This document shows, in pieces, positions 14,201-26,351 of a stretch of 64,000 nt of DNA (positions are counted from its first letter, which is position 1; each line of letters opens with the position of its first letter). Source of the stretch: Orbicella franksi (taxonomy: Eukaryota); NCBI GenBank assembly GCA_964199315.1, contig OZ116704.1:26226001-26290000 (forward strand), given 5' to 3'. A program made the position numbers and the translations under genes. The notes under the pieces are model-generated. The model worked only from the letters and a program-made list of their open reading frames with translations, was not told the origin of the DNA and ran no database searches.

Positions 14201-14726
14201 CGCAGGTGGGTTATAAAAATTGTATAGCCTCACTTTTCTGAGGATGACTGAGAAACACAACCGGCCTGTCCATTTATGACTTACATTAAATTCTTTCTTT
14301 TGCACTTTATTTAGTTGTTCTCGTGGTTTAAAATCGCTTTGTTTTGTTTTACATTCCTTTTTATCCAGTTTCTTTCATTTTTTGCACGATTAAATCATTT
14401 TGATACAGATCGAAGAGGCGAAGTTTTGACCGCGCTTGTACCGTACCGTCTGAGTTTCATCACACGAGGTGGAGCCGGGGAGAAGGAGGGGTGGGGGGAG
14501 CGAATGGCTGTGTATCACAAAATGAGGAACTTCAGCAATTGGTGATGGGTGCGTTCGATCCTCATTGCTTACTACAACTAGGAAGTGTTCCCACGTGTGT
14601 CTGGTCTGATCGGAAGCTGTGCCATTTGATCAATTATTAACGTTCCATTGCCCTGTTCATGTTGCCTCAGGGTGTCTAAATTATTATGCAAATTTCCTCT
14701 TCAACACCACGAGTGTACCAGTGTGG

Positions 14727-15138
14727 CCCGGGAGGGGTACTTCCAGAAAAGTTGGGTGGGGGTGTGCGGGGCCACTTTCCAAAACCATTACCCTATTTAT
14801 GACCAAAATCTGCGTTTTTGCTACCCTATTTATGACCTGTCCAAAAATTCGATAGCCTATTTATGACCGTTGCGGCTGACACAGTTGCCCGAAACATAAG
14901 TTATGAAGGGCTTTTGTTGACGGTTTTATCGATGAAGATGAAAAGATAGCTTCTTCTAAGCAAAATACCCAATTCAAGACTAGAGGGCTAAAACCATACC
15001 CTATTTATAACCAAAATGGCCAAGATCGATACCCTATTTATGACCAAAACGGCTGAAAAACCATACCCTTTGAGGCCGCACATACCTATATAGCCCATAT
15101 AATGGAGTATACCTCCCCCCCCCCCCCACTTCCCCGGG
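14727..15138 (+). mobile_element. Non-autonomous DNA transposon (GGGG-TACT ends), copy 2
   Basis: CCCGGGAGGGGTACT start and GAGTATACCTCCCCC...CCCCGGG end. Same family as 3649-4032, in the opposite orientation. Confidence 0.75.
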
Positions 15139-15559
15139 CAGTGTTAGTCATCAACGCCAAATGTAATGACAACACTAGTTGTAAGTCAGCAGTAAATGTA
15201 ATGAAAATAAAGCTATCAGTTAATATGTAACTCACTTTGAATATAATGAAATATACTGACGGCAATCCGCCATTAAATAACCTTTACTTGAGGTTACCCG
15301 AACCCTTGGAAGGGTTATTGAACATTCATGGAGACGATGGCTCCTTGAAATCAACCGAATACTTCCGAAGGTTACCGACGATAACCAAAGACAACCGAAG
15401 ATCCCCTGACGTATTCGACAGATCGGTTTGTTTCCATATACATGCACGGCCTCAAACATTTCTAAATAAAGTTGAAACTCAAACTGCATGGCCACAAGGT
15501 TCACAAGGATTGTTCTTGGAGCTGTCTTAATCGTTACGCACAGTATGTTCAAAGAAATG

Positions 15560-15686
15560 CTTGTGTTGTGTTCTTGGGATTGACAAAGATTAATTACTCT
15601 CGAAGTGCTTTTCTCTGCGCAGGAGAATAAATAGGCACCAAGGAATTGTTTGAGCAAACTCTTCATGCTACAGAAACCGGAGTTCA
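15560..15686 (+). mobile_element. Degenerate SINE fragment (same family as 18931-19189)
   Basis: TGTGTTGTGTTCTTGGG...CTTCATGCTACAGAAACCGG matches segments of the 18931 copy. Confidence 0.5.
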
Positions 15687-16218
15687 AAGTCTCTTGAATG
15701 ACCTTAAACGTTTTGCTTCACTATCACCAACACCGATTACAATCTGTAACATAGCAGCTTACTAACCAATCAGGCCACGAGTTGAGCTAATAAAGTACAC
15801 AAACAAAATATTTCCAGATTTATTATATAACTGAGATAATTACTTCATTGTGATTGGCTGAGAGTAGGTTAATTTTTAATTTGCACTGCAGTGCGCATTA
15901 ACGCGCGCTCTTTCAGAACTTTCTCAGTCATATAATAAAGGAGCAATCGTATGAAAAATCGAGCAATCAAGGATTTGCACTACTCGTGATATTTGGAAAT
16001 TCTTTCAAATCAGTTGCACTCGCCTAAAGGCGAATGCAATTTTGAGAGAATTTTCAAATATCTCTCGTGGTGTAAATCCTTCATTGCACTCGCATTCATA
16101 CGATTTCCTGTACTAATCAATCTTCCAACACCAAAGGAACGAATTCCTGGTTGTTTATTGTTATTATTATTCTTGTTTTATGTATTTGAAATGTTGGGGC
16201 GTATTTCAGTCTTTTGTT

Positions 16219-16612
16219 AAGCCTGGTTTTTACTAGCGACGCAAGCACAAGCGCAAGCACAAACGCATGCAATAGGGATGATTCAAGTGAAAACGAAATT
16301 CGACGCAAACACAAGCACAAGCAAAATCATCCGAACCTTTAGTCATTTTAGAAAACTGTTTAGGCGAGCAGTCATCTGGATCTAGTGTTTTCATTGGCCA
16401 AACATAACCACGTGTGGTAAATATCCTTATGCTTGTGTTGTGCCTGAGCAGTATTTCGTTTTCACTTGTTGCAGCGCAAACACAAGAAAAAGGAAAAATT
16501 TTGATCTTTGTGCTTGTGCTTGTGCTTAAGCCTGCATCAAGGCCGTTTTCACGGTGAATTAAGAATTACTGTGTTTACGCTTGTGCTTGCGTCGCTAGTG
16601 GAAACCAGGCTT
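16219..16612. mobile_element. MITE with about 35-bp TIRs (AAGCCTGG...CCAGGCTT)
   Basis: AAGCCTGGTTTTTACTAGCGACGCAAGCACAAGCG pairs with CGCTTGTGCTTGCGTCGCTAGTGGAAACCAGGCTT. Internal GCACAA/TTGTGC repeats. Confidence 0.8.
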
Positions 16613-18246
16613 TAATTCAGTATTTGCACATACTATGAAAGATGCATCAGTAAATGGGTTTAATGTTTAACCAACGCAATGCAGCTGCAGGATCGTAGCA
16701 AGTGCGAATCGAGGAAAACAATTTAGAATTTATCTCTTTATTTCAAGTTGTCGGAGGAGACACCCAAATGCTTGCGTCCACATTTTTCAGATCACAGTGA
16801 CAGTTTCTATTACATTTTTTATCTTATTTGTTTAAATAGTTAATATGTATAAAAAAAAATCCAAGCTTGGTTTGAAAATTAGACTTTCTTGAAAAAGAGA
16901 ACGGAGCACGTCTTGTCTCCCACAGAGATAGTCTTGCCTTTAATAGCTTTTCAGTCTCCAAATTTTCAGTGTGCATCGAACTGATTTTTCATATTTCTTC
17001 ATTATTTCAAGAGAGAAAATGCTTTATTCGCAGCCTTAAAGATTCGTTTCCAACTGGCAGAAAAATCCAAAGTCCACGCCAAGCAGCTTTCTATAACGAA
17101 CGTTTAGAATCTCTGCGGAGGAGAGAGGACCTCATCAGCGCGTTTGACTCCAGTGTGAGCGATCTGGTTCAAACCCTAGTGTAAATCATTGTCTTGTGTC
17201 CCTGGTAAGACACATGACTGTCTGGGTGCCTTGCTCTCTCCCACAGTCTAATTATGGACACAGGCGAATTGTCAGGGTAGCCTACCAAAATGGCGCCGGA
17301 TATTGGCGATGGGCGAGCATCTTATTGAACGAGATTCACAATTGTGATCTCCCACTCCGGCTTTCAGGCCACAAAAGCCAGAATACGCTCCAGAGCTACC
17401 GAAAAAATTTGTTTGATGAGTTTCAAATTCATCGCAGGTTAATTTTCTATTTGAAATCTACATTGTCGAGTCTGAAATATTTTTCAACAAAAACACGATT
17501 CTCAAGTATCTTTTGAGTGTTTTAGAGATCGAGGTGTATTTTTAAGTTGCGGTAAAAAAACTTCAGTACGGTCAGCAAAAAACTTGTGGTGTCCGTCTTT
17601 GAGAGGTACCTTTCGGGAAAGAGTTAACTATGAATATTTTTTTCCAAGAAAAACACTACACAAAGATGTTCACAGTCTTACGGATTGGATTTCAACAGGA
17701 GAAAGATCATAAATGATTGACTGTTTCTTGTAACCGGTCAGCTCAACCAATCAGCTTTCGTCGAGGTATACTATATGTTGGAGTTGTTTCCCTTTTAATA
17801 TCGATTACTTTTCGCTGGAGAAATGTCGTCTAGCTAGATCCATACAAACAAGAGTTTGTGTGCATCTGAAATTCGATCGAAGAAATTTCTCTTCACGTAC
17901 GTAAACTTGTAAATAATGCGAATGAAAACCTGTTGTCTTTTCTCTCGTTCAATAGCTTTGATAGGCTGTCGGAGGCCGTTTTGGGCGATGTTCAGGTCAA
18001 TGATTCAACCCCCCTATTATATGTCACCCACAACAACCTCCAGAAATCTCTCTCAAGCACCGCCATAGAAAAAGACAACAGGCTAGGTTTTAACAGTTTT
18101 ATTCCCTTTCTTTACAAATTCACGGAAGAAAGATGAATTTCTTCGATTGAATTTTAAATTATTTTTTACTTTTATATTTTTTTATTTTTTATTTTATAAC
18201 AAGCGAGCGGCACTCTACGAACTGCTGTGGTAAAACTTGTTTATTG

Positions 18247-18287
18247 TCCGACGCGTTTCGTCTAACTATCGTAGACTTCTTCAGGGA
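18247..18287 (-). ncRNA. Minimal type I hammerhead ribozyme (Penelope-type), solo
   Basis: Minus strand: TCC-CTGAAGA-A-GTCTA-cgatagt-TAGAC-GAAAC-GC-GTC-GGA. It has the CUGANGA and GAAA cores, a 5-bp stem II, a 3-bp stem I, a palindromic minimal stem III and a GUC cleavage triplet. AATAAA follows immediately downstream. Confidence 0.75.
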
Positions 18288-18930
18288 GTTTTACAAACAT
18301 ACACCAAACACCTGTATCAGTAAAGCCATACTGCCGGCTATTTCGATGGTCACAAACCACAAAAGTTTGGCCGGATTTACGAAAGGTAGCGGGCGAAACT
18401 GTGAAATATTTACGCAAGGCGTGAGAAAGTTTTGGGGGTAGTGGAAAGTTTTTGCTTTCGCACTAAAGTGTTGTTAATTTGAAATAACATAATCACTGTG
18501 ATAAACGCCAAAGACAAAAAACAAGATGACAAGATTTATGACACAAAAATCCGTCAGATTTTAAATATGGTACTAATTCGGTCTCCAACAAACCACCATT
18601 TATGGGCTGGCTATATATTTAAAGGTTAGCCTTATGTTTTCAAATCGAACAAAGACGTAGAGAACGAAAGACCTCCTTTGAACATCGCACCTTAATACAG
18701 TACACAAAAACCTAAGGTACTCTACGCCAACAACACGAAAATTGCAATTACTGTTAGCAAATTAGGTGCGTTTGCAGTGAGTTGTGCTACAAGAGGGTTT
18801 GTGTGAGGTGCTGTAATCTCAGTTGTAGTTAAATGTTCATCTTGGAGTGTCTTCTTTCTCGTAACCACTGCGTCAACATCTTCATCTCCTCACCAGCCGT
18901 CAAAATAACCGGGACCTTCACCATTATTTT

Positions 18931-19189
18931 GCGATGGCTTGATCGACCGTTCGTGCGCTCGTCTTCGCATCGGGCGTCCTGGCAGGTGACATTGCTTCGT
19001 CTTCTTGTGCAAGACACTTTACACTCACAGTGCCTCTCTCCACCCGGGTGTATAAATGGGTACCGGCGAATTTAATGCTGAGGGTAACTCTGCAACGGAC
19101 TAGAATCCCATCCAAGGGGGAGCAGAAATACTCCTAGTCGCTTCATGCTACAGAAACCAGGATAAGCTCCGGCCTGGTGGGCCACTTGC
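18931..19189 (+). mobile_element. tRNA-derived SINE with CORE-like central domain
   Basis: Degenerate tRNA-like head, then GCAAGACACTTTACACTCACAGTGCCTCTCTCCACCCGGGTGTATAAATGGG, which resembles the MIR/CORE consensus. Partial copies occur at about 15560 and 17195. Confidence 0.7.
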
Positions 19190-21114
19190 CATATTTAATA
19201 CATTTTACAATCTGCTTGTGGTAAGCAGGTACCAGCAAACGTTTTTCACAGAAAAAAAAGTGCACGTTTAGATGAAAGGTTAAGATAGCTTTGATACTTA
19301 CAAAAGCAACTTTCCTTCTTCTTTCTTTCTTGTGGTCTTAAACATTAACTCTTATTTTAATTTCTCTGGATCTACATTGGCGACCTGTCCTTGACGCCTC
19401 TTAACTGTATCTTACTTTGTCAATTCCAAGCTCGCCCATGCCCCGTTCCCCGGGCATTTGACGGGCATTTGACAGGTTGTAAGTCCCCATCATGGTGCAT
19501 TTGATCGCAAAGGGTTGCCCGGGGGTTGGGCATTTGACAATTTAGTCAAATACAGAGAATTATAGATCAACAGCCCGCTTTATTAAACATCAAAAGGATT
19601 AAGCCCTACCTAAAGAACGTAGATGTAAATTCTTTTTCTGAGACTTAAACCATTAAAAACTAGCTGGTACCCCACCACCACCACCTCCACATGAGAGAGA
19701 ATCGAGGCCAGCCGTGTTGTGGGTCGTTGGTTAGGACAAAAGGTCCTGAAATATTTAGTAGAAATTTTCGAAGGTAAGTTATTGGCATTTTAAAAACACT
19801 TCGTACTTTTCTTTGAAGGGATAAGCCTTCTCTCAATGAGTTTTCTCTGCAAACTATCCCAGGTATGGGGCATTTGCACTTTTCTCCTGGCTCCACCATG
19901 GGGAGTTGCTTATGAAAGGAACCCACGGCGATCCCCAGCGCAGAACAAACGTGAAAAAACAACGAAACGCGCCGAGAACGCGTTAGGAAATGTACGCAAT
20001 ACGTACTGTGTAACGGACACATTGGGAACGCACTGGGAAGAAATCCATCAGGAAAACTTGGCGCGACACGGGGAATGCATAGCGAAACGCACGGGACTCG
20101 GAGTATGTATAAAGAACTCATCGGGGAACACACAGGTTGCGCACCCGGGAATGAACGGGGTAACAGTCGAGCAAATAGAACCGTGTACCCACAGCGAATG
20201 CACGGGAAATTACGGAGGGAATCCGCTGGGAATCGATGGCGGAACGCAGGAGGCTGCACATAAAAGAACAAATGGGAACAAATGGCTAGAGAGACGAGGA
20301 ACTCAAGGAAAATGACACGAGAACACACCAAAGTGACGACAAACAAAGCCTATGAAATTCCAAGCACCACAAATTGAAATCGCTCCGTTAAATTGTACTT
20401 TTTAATCGCAATTCGTAGTCGAAGTCACAGAAACCTTTATAAACCATCGATCATTTAAGATTCCTCGTAGTACCCTGTTTGGAACTGGCATTTTTTACAC
20501 AGTGAAATAACAGATTTGGTTTAAGCACCAGGGCTTGACTGTGACACAGACTGGATATTTCTTCAAGTGCAAATTATCGACTCTCTCTTGCATAAGGCCC
20601 AACTACAAAAGAGTACAGAAGAATTACAGCATAAAATAAAACGATGTAAGGAAAAGACACTTTCTAGGTGTTGCCATGACAATATATTCAGTGGTTGAGT
20701 TCCTTTTCTCGTCACCAAGGATACTAAAGCGATAGTGCATTGACTTGAAAAACAACTCCAGACAAATAAACAGCACTCTTAAACAAACATATAACGCTTT
20801 ATTTGAGATTTTTCAGCATATTCAGGAACATTTTTGTATTATTATTTGCAATAACACAAGGGAAAACAATGCTTACTTACAACACTAGATCTATTTACAT
20901 TATATTGCTCTAATTATTTCCACTATTTAAATTACAATATCCAAACGACTTACACTACTAACAAATACAGTGACGACAAGGGGCAAAGCAAAAAAGAAGA
21001 AAAATAGATAGTTGGGAACATTTTTGGCTATTTTGTCTTTACTTGCTTTGTTGTCATGCATACATTTAACTAACGCGTTGACGTTATTTATTTCAATACA
21101 AATACGGTTTCGAT

Positions 21115-21259
21115 TAGCCTCTTAAAGGCGTTCAGTTAGTTGGGGCGCAGCGCGAAAAACAGCAAGCGAAAAAATGAAAAAAGTGCGGCGAGAGGAAGCG
21201 AAAGAACGCCGCCCTTTTTCGCGCTGTGCCCCAACTATCTGAACGCCAGGAAGAGGCTA
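21115..21259. mobile_element. MITE with about 45-bp TIRs (TAGCCTCTT...AAGAGGCTA)
   Basis: TAGCCTCTTAAAGGCGTTCAGTTAGTTGGGGCGCAGCGCGAAAAA pairs with TTTTTCGCGCTGTGCCCCAACTATCTGAACGCCAGGAAGAGGCTA. Confidence 0.85.
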
Positions 21260-24245
21260 GGTTTCGACAAAAGACTGACCCCTCGTCAGCTGACCCCCCT
21301 AGAAAATCAACGGGAAAGAGAAAATAAAGCAGAGAACTATCGATGGGACAGATCCAAGTTGATTAATAAATTTAGTTAACCTGAAATTTCCAAGATGGCC
21401 TACCGGTTGCAGATTTCCGACTCTCTTCTCATCTGATTGCAAGTGCAGTTTTCGTTCGCGGAAAATCGAGCGCAGAATAACTTGAAATTCATTAGAAAAT
21501 TAAACAATGAAAGTAACGAAGAAACGCTGGCAGTATGACCATGTTCGCGATTGACCGCGGAGAGGAGAAGAGAAGCTAAGAGAGTTGGAAATCCGACAGA
21601 AATCACGTAACGCAAAAGCTTAGAAATTCAAACGTGTTCTATTACAAAACGAAGAACCCTGTCGAGCTAAGACGTTGTAAAACGTAAAGTTCCTATAGGG
21701 TCTTTTACCTGATGAAACTAAAACCTCTGAAGGAAAGTAATTTTAATTTTGGAATATGACTACGTCATAGTTCTCGGCAATATTTTCTTTTTCCGCCGAC
21801 AGGTTCATTTTCATGCAAATCAAACTCATTTTCATAACAAAGGTTTTGCTTTGTGGATAATTCTATGAGAACACTGAGGCTAGACGCTACTCTCTCCAGG
21901 CTTCAATCGGTCATTTGCCTCCCTCCCTTTACAAGTCTTAGTAAATATCAATTCTATTGAGCCTCCAAACAGAATGCATTTCAATGCATCAACACAATAT
22001 TATGCTTTGTGATTAAATCTTGCAGAAATTGTACGTTTCTAGATAATTTTGCAAAATATTTTATAATCTGCTGAAGTTTGTAGGTTCTGCCAAAGACACA
22101 AGCATGAAAAATATCAAAATTAGAAATTTAGTTATTTTCTTCTATCACAGTACAGTTGCTGGCAAAATCATATTAAACTGAGAGAGTTATTAAAGTTTCC
22201 TGTAAACAAGGTTTAAAACTCCAACGCAATTGTGCTTTTGTCTCATGTGACATCTGTTAAGTTCTTTTGGCAACACTTGTACTAGAAAAATCTTAGTGAA
22301 ATTAATTCTTTGAAAAATGACACCTACTGACTTCATTTGTTTTAGCATTTTTTTTACGCATCTTGTGTATACCATTCGAACACTGATTTTGAAATAACTA
22401 TCTGTGAGCTCATCTTGTCTATATTTGAGTGAGTCAAGAGCTTTGTTTATCTAGTTCCCCCAAGAGCTGGATTGCAAAATAAAACATTGAGCACTACTTA
22501 AAATAACTGACCATAGATTTGCTCTACTTAAACCCTGTTGGCATCTGACCTGCAAAAGCAATGGACATCTTTCAGTTTCCAACTAAATGCATTTGTATAA
22601 AAATAAAAGTTAACTTATTAAAAGCTAGCCTGCTAAACACTTTAAACCCGTCCCCCTCTCTGTCATGAAATGCTACGCTCTCTCTGGCAAGAGTTCAGGG
22701 ACAGTTGTTATGCATACTTACGCTAAAGCAATCCGAGGACAGGATGTCCATTTCATCCAAGGAAATTGCTCAGTGTGTTAAACCAACCACAGAAGAAACA
22801 TGATCCATTTGGGAAACATTATTTTCCTTTGCTGACTATATGTTTATCACCTAATCAGTCTGTCTGTCAATCCATAAGTCAGCCAAAAATCCAATCAGTC
22901 CACCAGTCAAGTAATTCATCAGTTGACTGGCAGGTCAGTAAATCCACCAATGACTGAATTGTCCAATTAATTATCCAGCCGATCAATTAACCACTTCTTC
23001 AACCTATCAGGCAGTTGAAGTAGTGGGAAACAAATTGTACAATCACCATTAGCCAGTCAATAAGTTAATCAGTTGACTGTTTATCATTCAATCAGTCATT
23101 TAATCTCCTAGCCTATCAATTTATTAGTCAATAATCCAATCAATTAACCTATTTGATTACTCTGTGACTCTCTCCATTATCCAGTCAATAACGCAGGCAA
23201 TCAGTTTGCTAGTAAGTCCATTGGTCAATCAGTGTATTTCATGTCTCGTAGTAACAGTGGAGAAATCTATTTACATTTGATTGTACATTATATAATCTAA
23301 TTTAATGTAAAGAGTGTCCACAATTAGCTGCACAAAGATTAATGTCTCTGACACGTAAACGTGTTGATTTAAATGAAGCACTGTATTAGAATCACATTGC
23401 TTGCCTGGATAGCTGCAGCATCCTGAGTGCTGAGGTTCCAGTCCTTAAACTATTAAGTTCCCTGTTTACATCTCACCTGGAAGACAAAATTCAAGCCCTA
23501 CATTTTAGTTTCCATTGACCTCAAAAGACAAATAAATTCCCCTTGCCTGGTAAAGTATTGTCATTTTGAAACAGCAAGAATCCTGGCAAGGTAAATTGTG
23601 AACACAACTTAACTTATATAGACATAAAAATTTACAAGATGGCAGAAAACTCGAAGCTCCAGGAAGAAGTTAGAGCCAGTCCCTTGGCGTACAACCCAGC
23701 AAACTGTGACTTTACTAACTGTAAACAGTATTGTGAATTTGTAGATCAAGAAAATATCTCTTCACTGTTCTCTGAACAGCACAAAATTCCATTCCAGAGG
23801 GTTTACACTGATGTTAATATATTTAAAGGAAGTATAGTACAAAGTCACTTTGCATTGATTCTTGCTTCTCCAGTAGTATCTCTAAAGCTAACAAAGGGTA
23901 GGCATACATGTATGCTAGTAATAATGCAAATTCCACAGGGTGCGTCGAAAACTCTGACCTTGAAAACTCAGACCTCAGACCTGTAGAACTTAAATTAAAC
24001 CCTTTTGGCGTCTTGAAAACTCAGGCTCTAAAACCTTGTACTCTCTGGGTGTCTCAAATTAATACACACCCTAGAAATTCATCAGACTGCCCTAGGTGTC
24101 TCAAAAACTAAAACTGTAAAAATTTAAACTCTTAGAAGCTTTTTGACCTAAATTTATGTGATGGTTTCTCAATACAAATATAGCATCGTGTTACAGAACC
24201 ACATATTCACAACAGGATGTAACCTTAAAGTACTTTTCCTTGGGC

Positions 24246-24408
24246 TTCAAAAAATTCTGCTGATAAATTCTCCCTCAATAGCTTCTTCACAACCACTATT
24301 TATCCGCGACTAGCCTTGTAGATGTTTAATTTTGAAAGCAACTCCAAATGAACCACATCTGATAATACTAATTTCTTCAAGATCTTCATACCAAAATTGT
24401 TGTAAATC
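24246..24408 (-). pseudogene. Degenerate protein kinase N-lobe fragment
   Basis: Minus-strand translation DLQQFWYEDLEEISIIRCGSFGVAFKIKHLQG*, then after a frameshift IVVVKKLLRENLSAEFF. This gives a Gly-rich loop and a VAIK-type lysine. No HRD or DFG motif found downstream. Confidence 0.45.
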
Positions 24409-26214
24409 AGTGCCTTATTTACAGTTGCCTTCTTGGATATATAAGGCAATTTTTAAAAAAACCATTATTAAACCAGATTCGGTAAAATTCTGAGTTATTA
24501 AAACATTTAGCAGCCACGCTTGGCTTATTGAAGAATGAAACTTTGGCACAAAAAAAGTCACCAAAAATTAAATGATTAATGAATAGAAAGAGGAGATGTT
24601 TTTGCTGACAAAAGGGAAGATTTTCCACACAACAAACATTACTTCTGTTTTGCTATTAGTAATGATCTATTCTGCTCAATATTGCCAGTTTCTGTCTGAC
24701 ACCATTATTTTTCAAATTTAAAAATTACCAATCCCTCTAAAGTTTCATTTGAATTCATCAGATGTAAAATCCTCTAAGAACTTGACAATTTACAACATTT
24801 AAGCTTGACAGGTTACTTCATTTTGTAATAGAAGACGTTTGAATTTTCAGGCTTATGTGTTGTGTGTGACATAAAGACATTGGCCCCAGAAGGCTCTTGT
24901 GTAGGTCATGTTGGTAGCCATCTGGATGGGCACCAGTATAGCATCTCCAGACAAAGCTCTACAAATTTGGGTGAAACACTTCTCTGAGTAATGCTAGGCA
25001 CTGCGTTCTTTATCTTTTATTTTTCAGCTCATATCCAATACATACTTGTGGAATAATTGTTAAAACAAAAATATCAAATGCAAAAATTTTTTTTCAGTGC
25101 ACGTCATGATTATCTCACAATTTTGCTTACAACAGACAAGTCCAGAGACAACATTATAACACGGTTATATTGCTTCATATTTGCCACATGTGATTGGTTT
25201 AAAGATTGAAATTGACATCACGATACTGTAATGGGCTGCTCACATTCTCTTCAAATTTCAGAATTTTTGAGCAATGAATCGCTGATAATCTCATACTTCT
25301 TGTCATTGGTAACACAGTTCAGACAAGTGTTACCGTATACTAGTTCATCTGGGCTTAAAAGTGGAATATTCAAGTAACTCGCCAGCAAATAGAAAACACC
25401 ACTGCATGCCAGTATCCATGGCAATTTTTCGAGTGTTCTACAATTTTATATTTTAATCAAAACTACCTGAGTAGTGCCTTTTTTCTTGTTTATTATTCTC
25501 AAAGAATGGTTAAATTGCAAAACAAAATTAAACAAAGTGCAGTTTTGAGATGGACGAACAGTCAGCCCAATATGAGAAAATATATTCTCTCCATGCCTTC
25601 AATATAATGCAGTTTAATGCTGTCTCAAAATCCCATTTAGTTTATGGTAACACCTTTACCTAATTTCCTCCCAAAAATGTAACCATCTTATATCTCTTGA
25701 TATACATTTCTGCTATAATATTCACAATCTACTTCAATTGTTTTATATTTTTGCTTCTTCTAACTGAGGGGGGTGGCTAGCACCCGGTCCACCCCCTCTC
25801 ACCCTCCTGAATCTGCCTCTGCTTTTTCCTAGGAAACCTCCGATGATAACTCAGATCAATGTTTGAAAACATTCACGGCCCTATATGTAAGAAATTCACA
25901 TCTATAACTTGTATACCAGTTATTGAATCATACTGAAGGCAATCACAACGTAAGGTAAGTCTGTGAGCTCACCTTTTTCCAGCTGAGTTGTTGCCTTCAG
26001 GACCTTCAGAGAGGTCAACAATGCAAGCTCCTCAATCTCCCTTCTGGTTCCAACGCACAAACAAAGTAAAGCAAGTCGGCTAATGATTCACGTATTCTAA
26101 AATCACTGGATCAATCCATATTAATACAAAGAACCATCCACTGAAAGCATCCTCATTGACATGATGTAAAATTCCCACTTTCTTTCCCAAGTACAAAATG
26201 GCGTCACAAGATCC

Positions 26215-26351
26215 NNNNNNNNNNNNNNNNNNNNNNNNNNNNNNNNNNNNNNNNNNNNNNNNNNNNNNNNNNNNNNNNNNNNNNNNNNNNNNNNNNNNNN
26301 NNNNNNNNNNNNNNNNNNNNNNNNNNNNNNNNNNNNNNNNNNNNNNNNNNN
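26215..26351. other. Assembly gap (137 N)
   Basis: Run of N characters. Confidence 1.

Noticed and set aside
19660-20346. 228-aa and 159-aa overlapping ORFs
   Set aside because: No recognisable motifs; they arise from a stop-poor repetitive tract.
25973-26043. Possible minus-strand exon (REIEELALLTSLKVLKATTQLEK) with CAG/GTGAG boundaries
   Set aside because: Isolated, no recognisable homology, next to the assembly gap, and no partner exons established.
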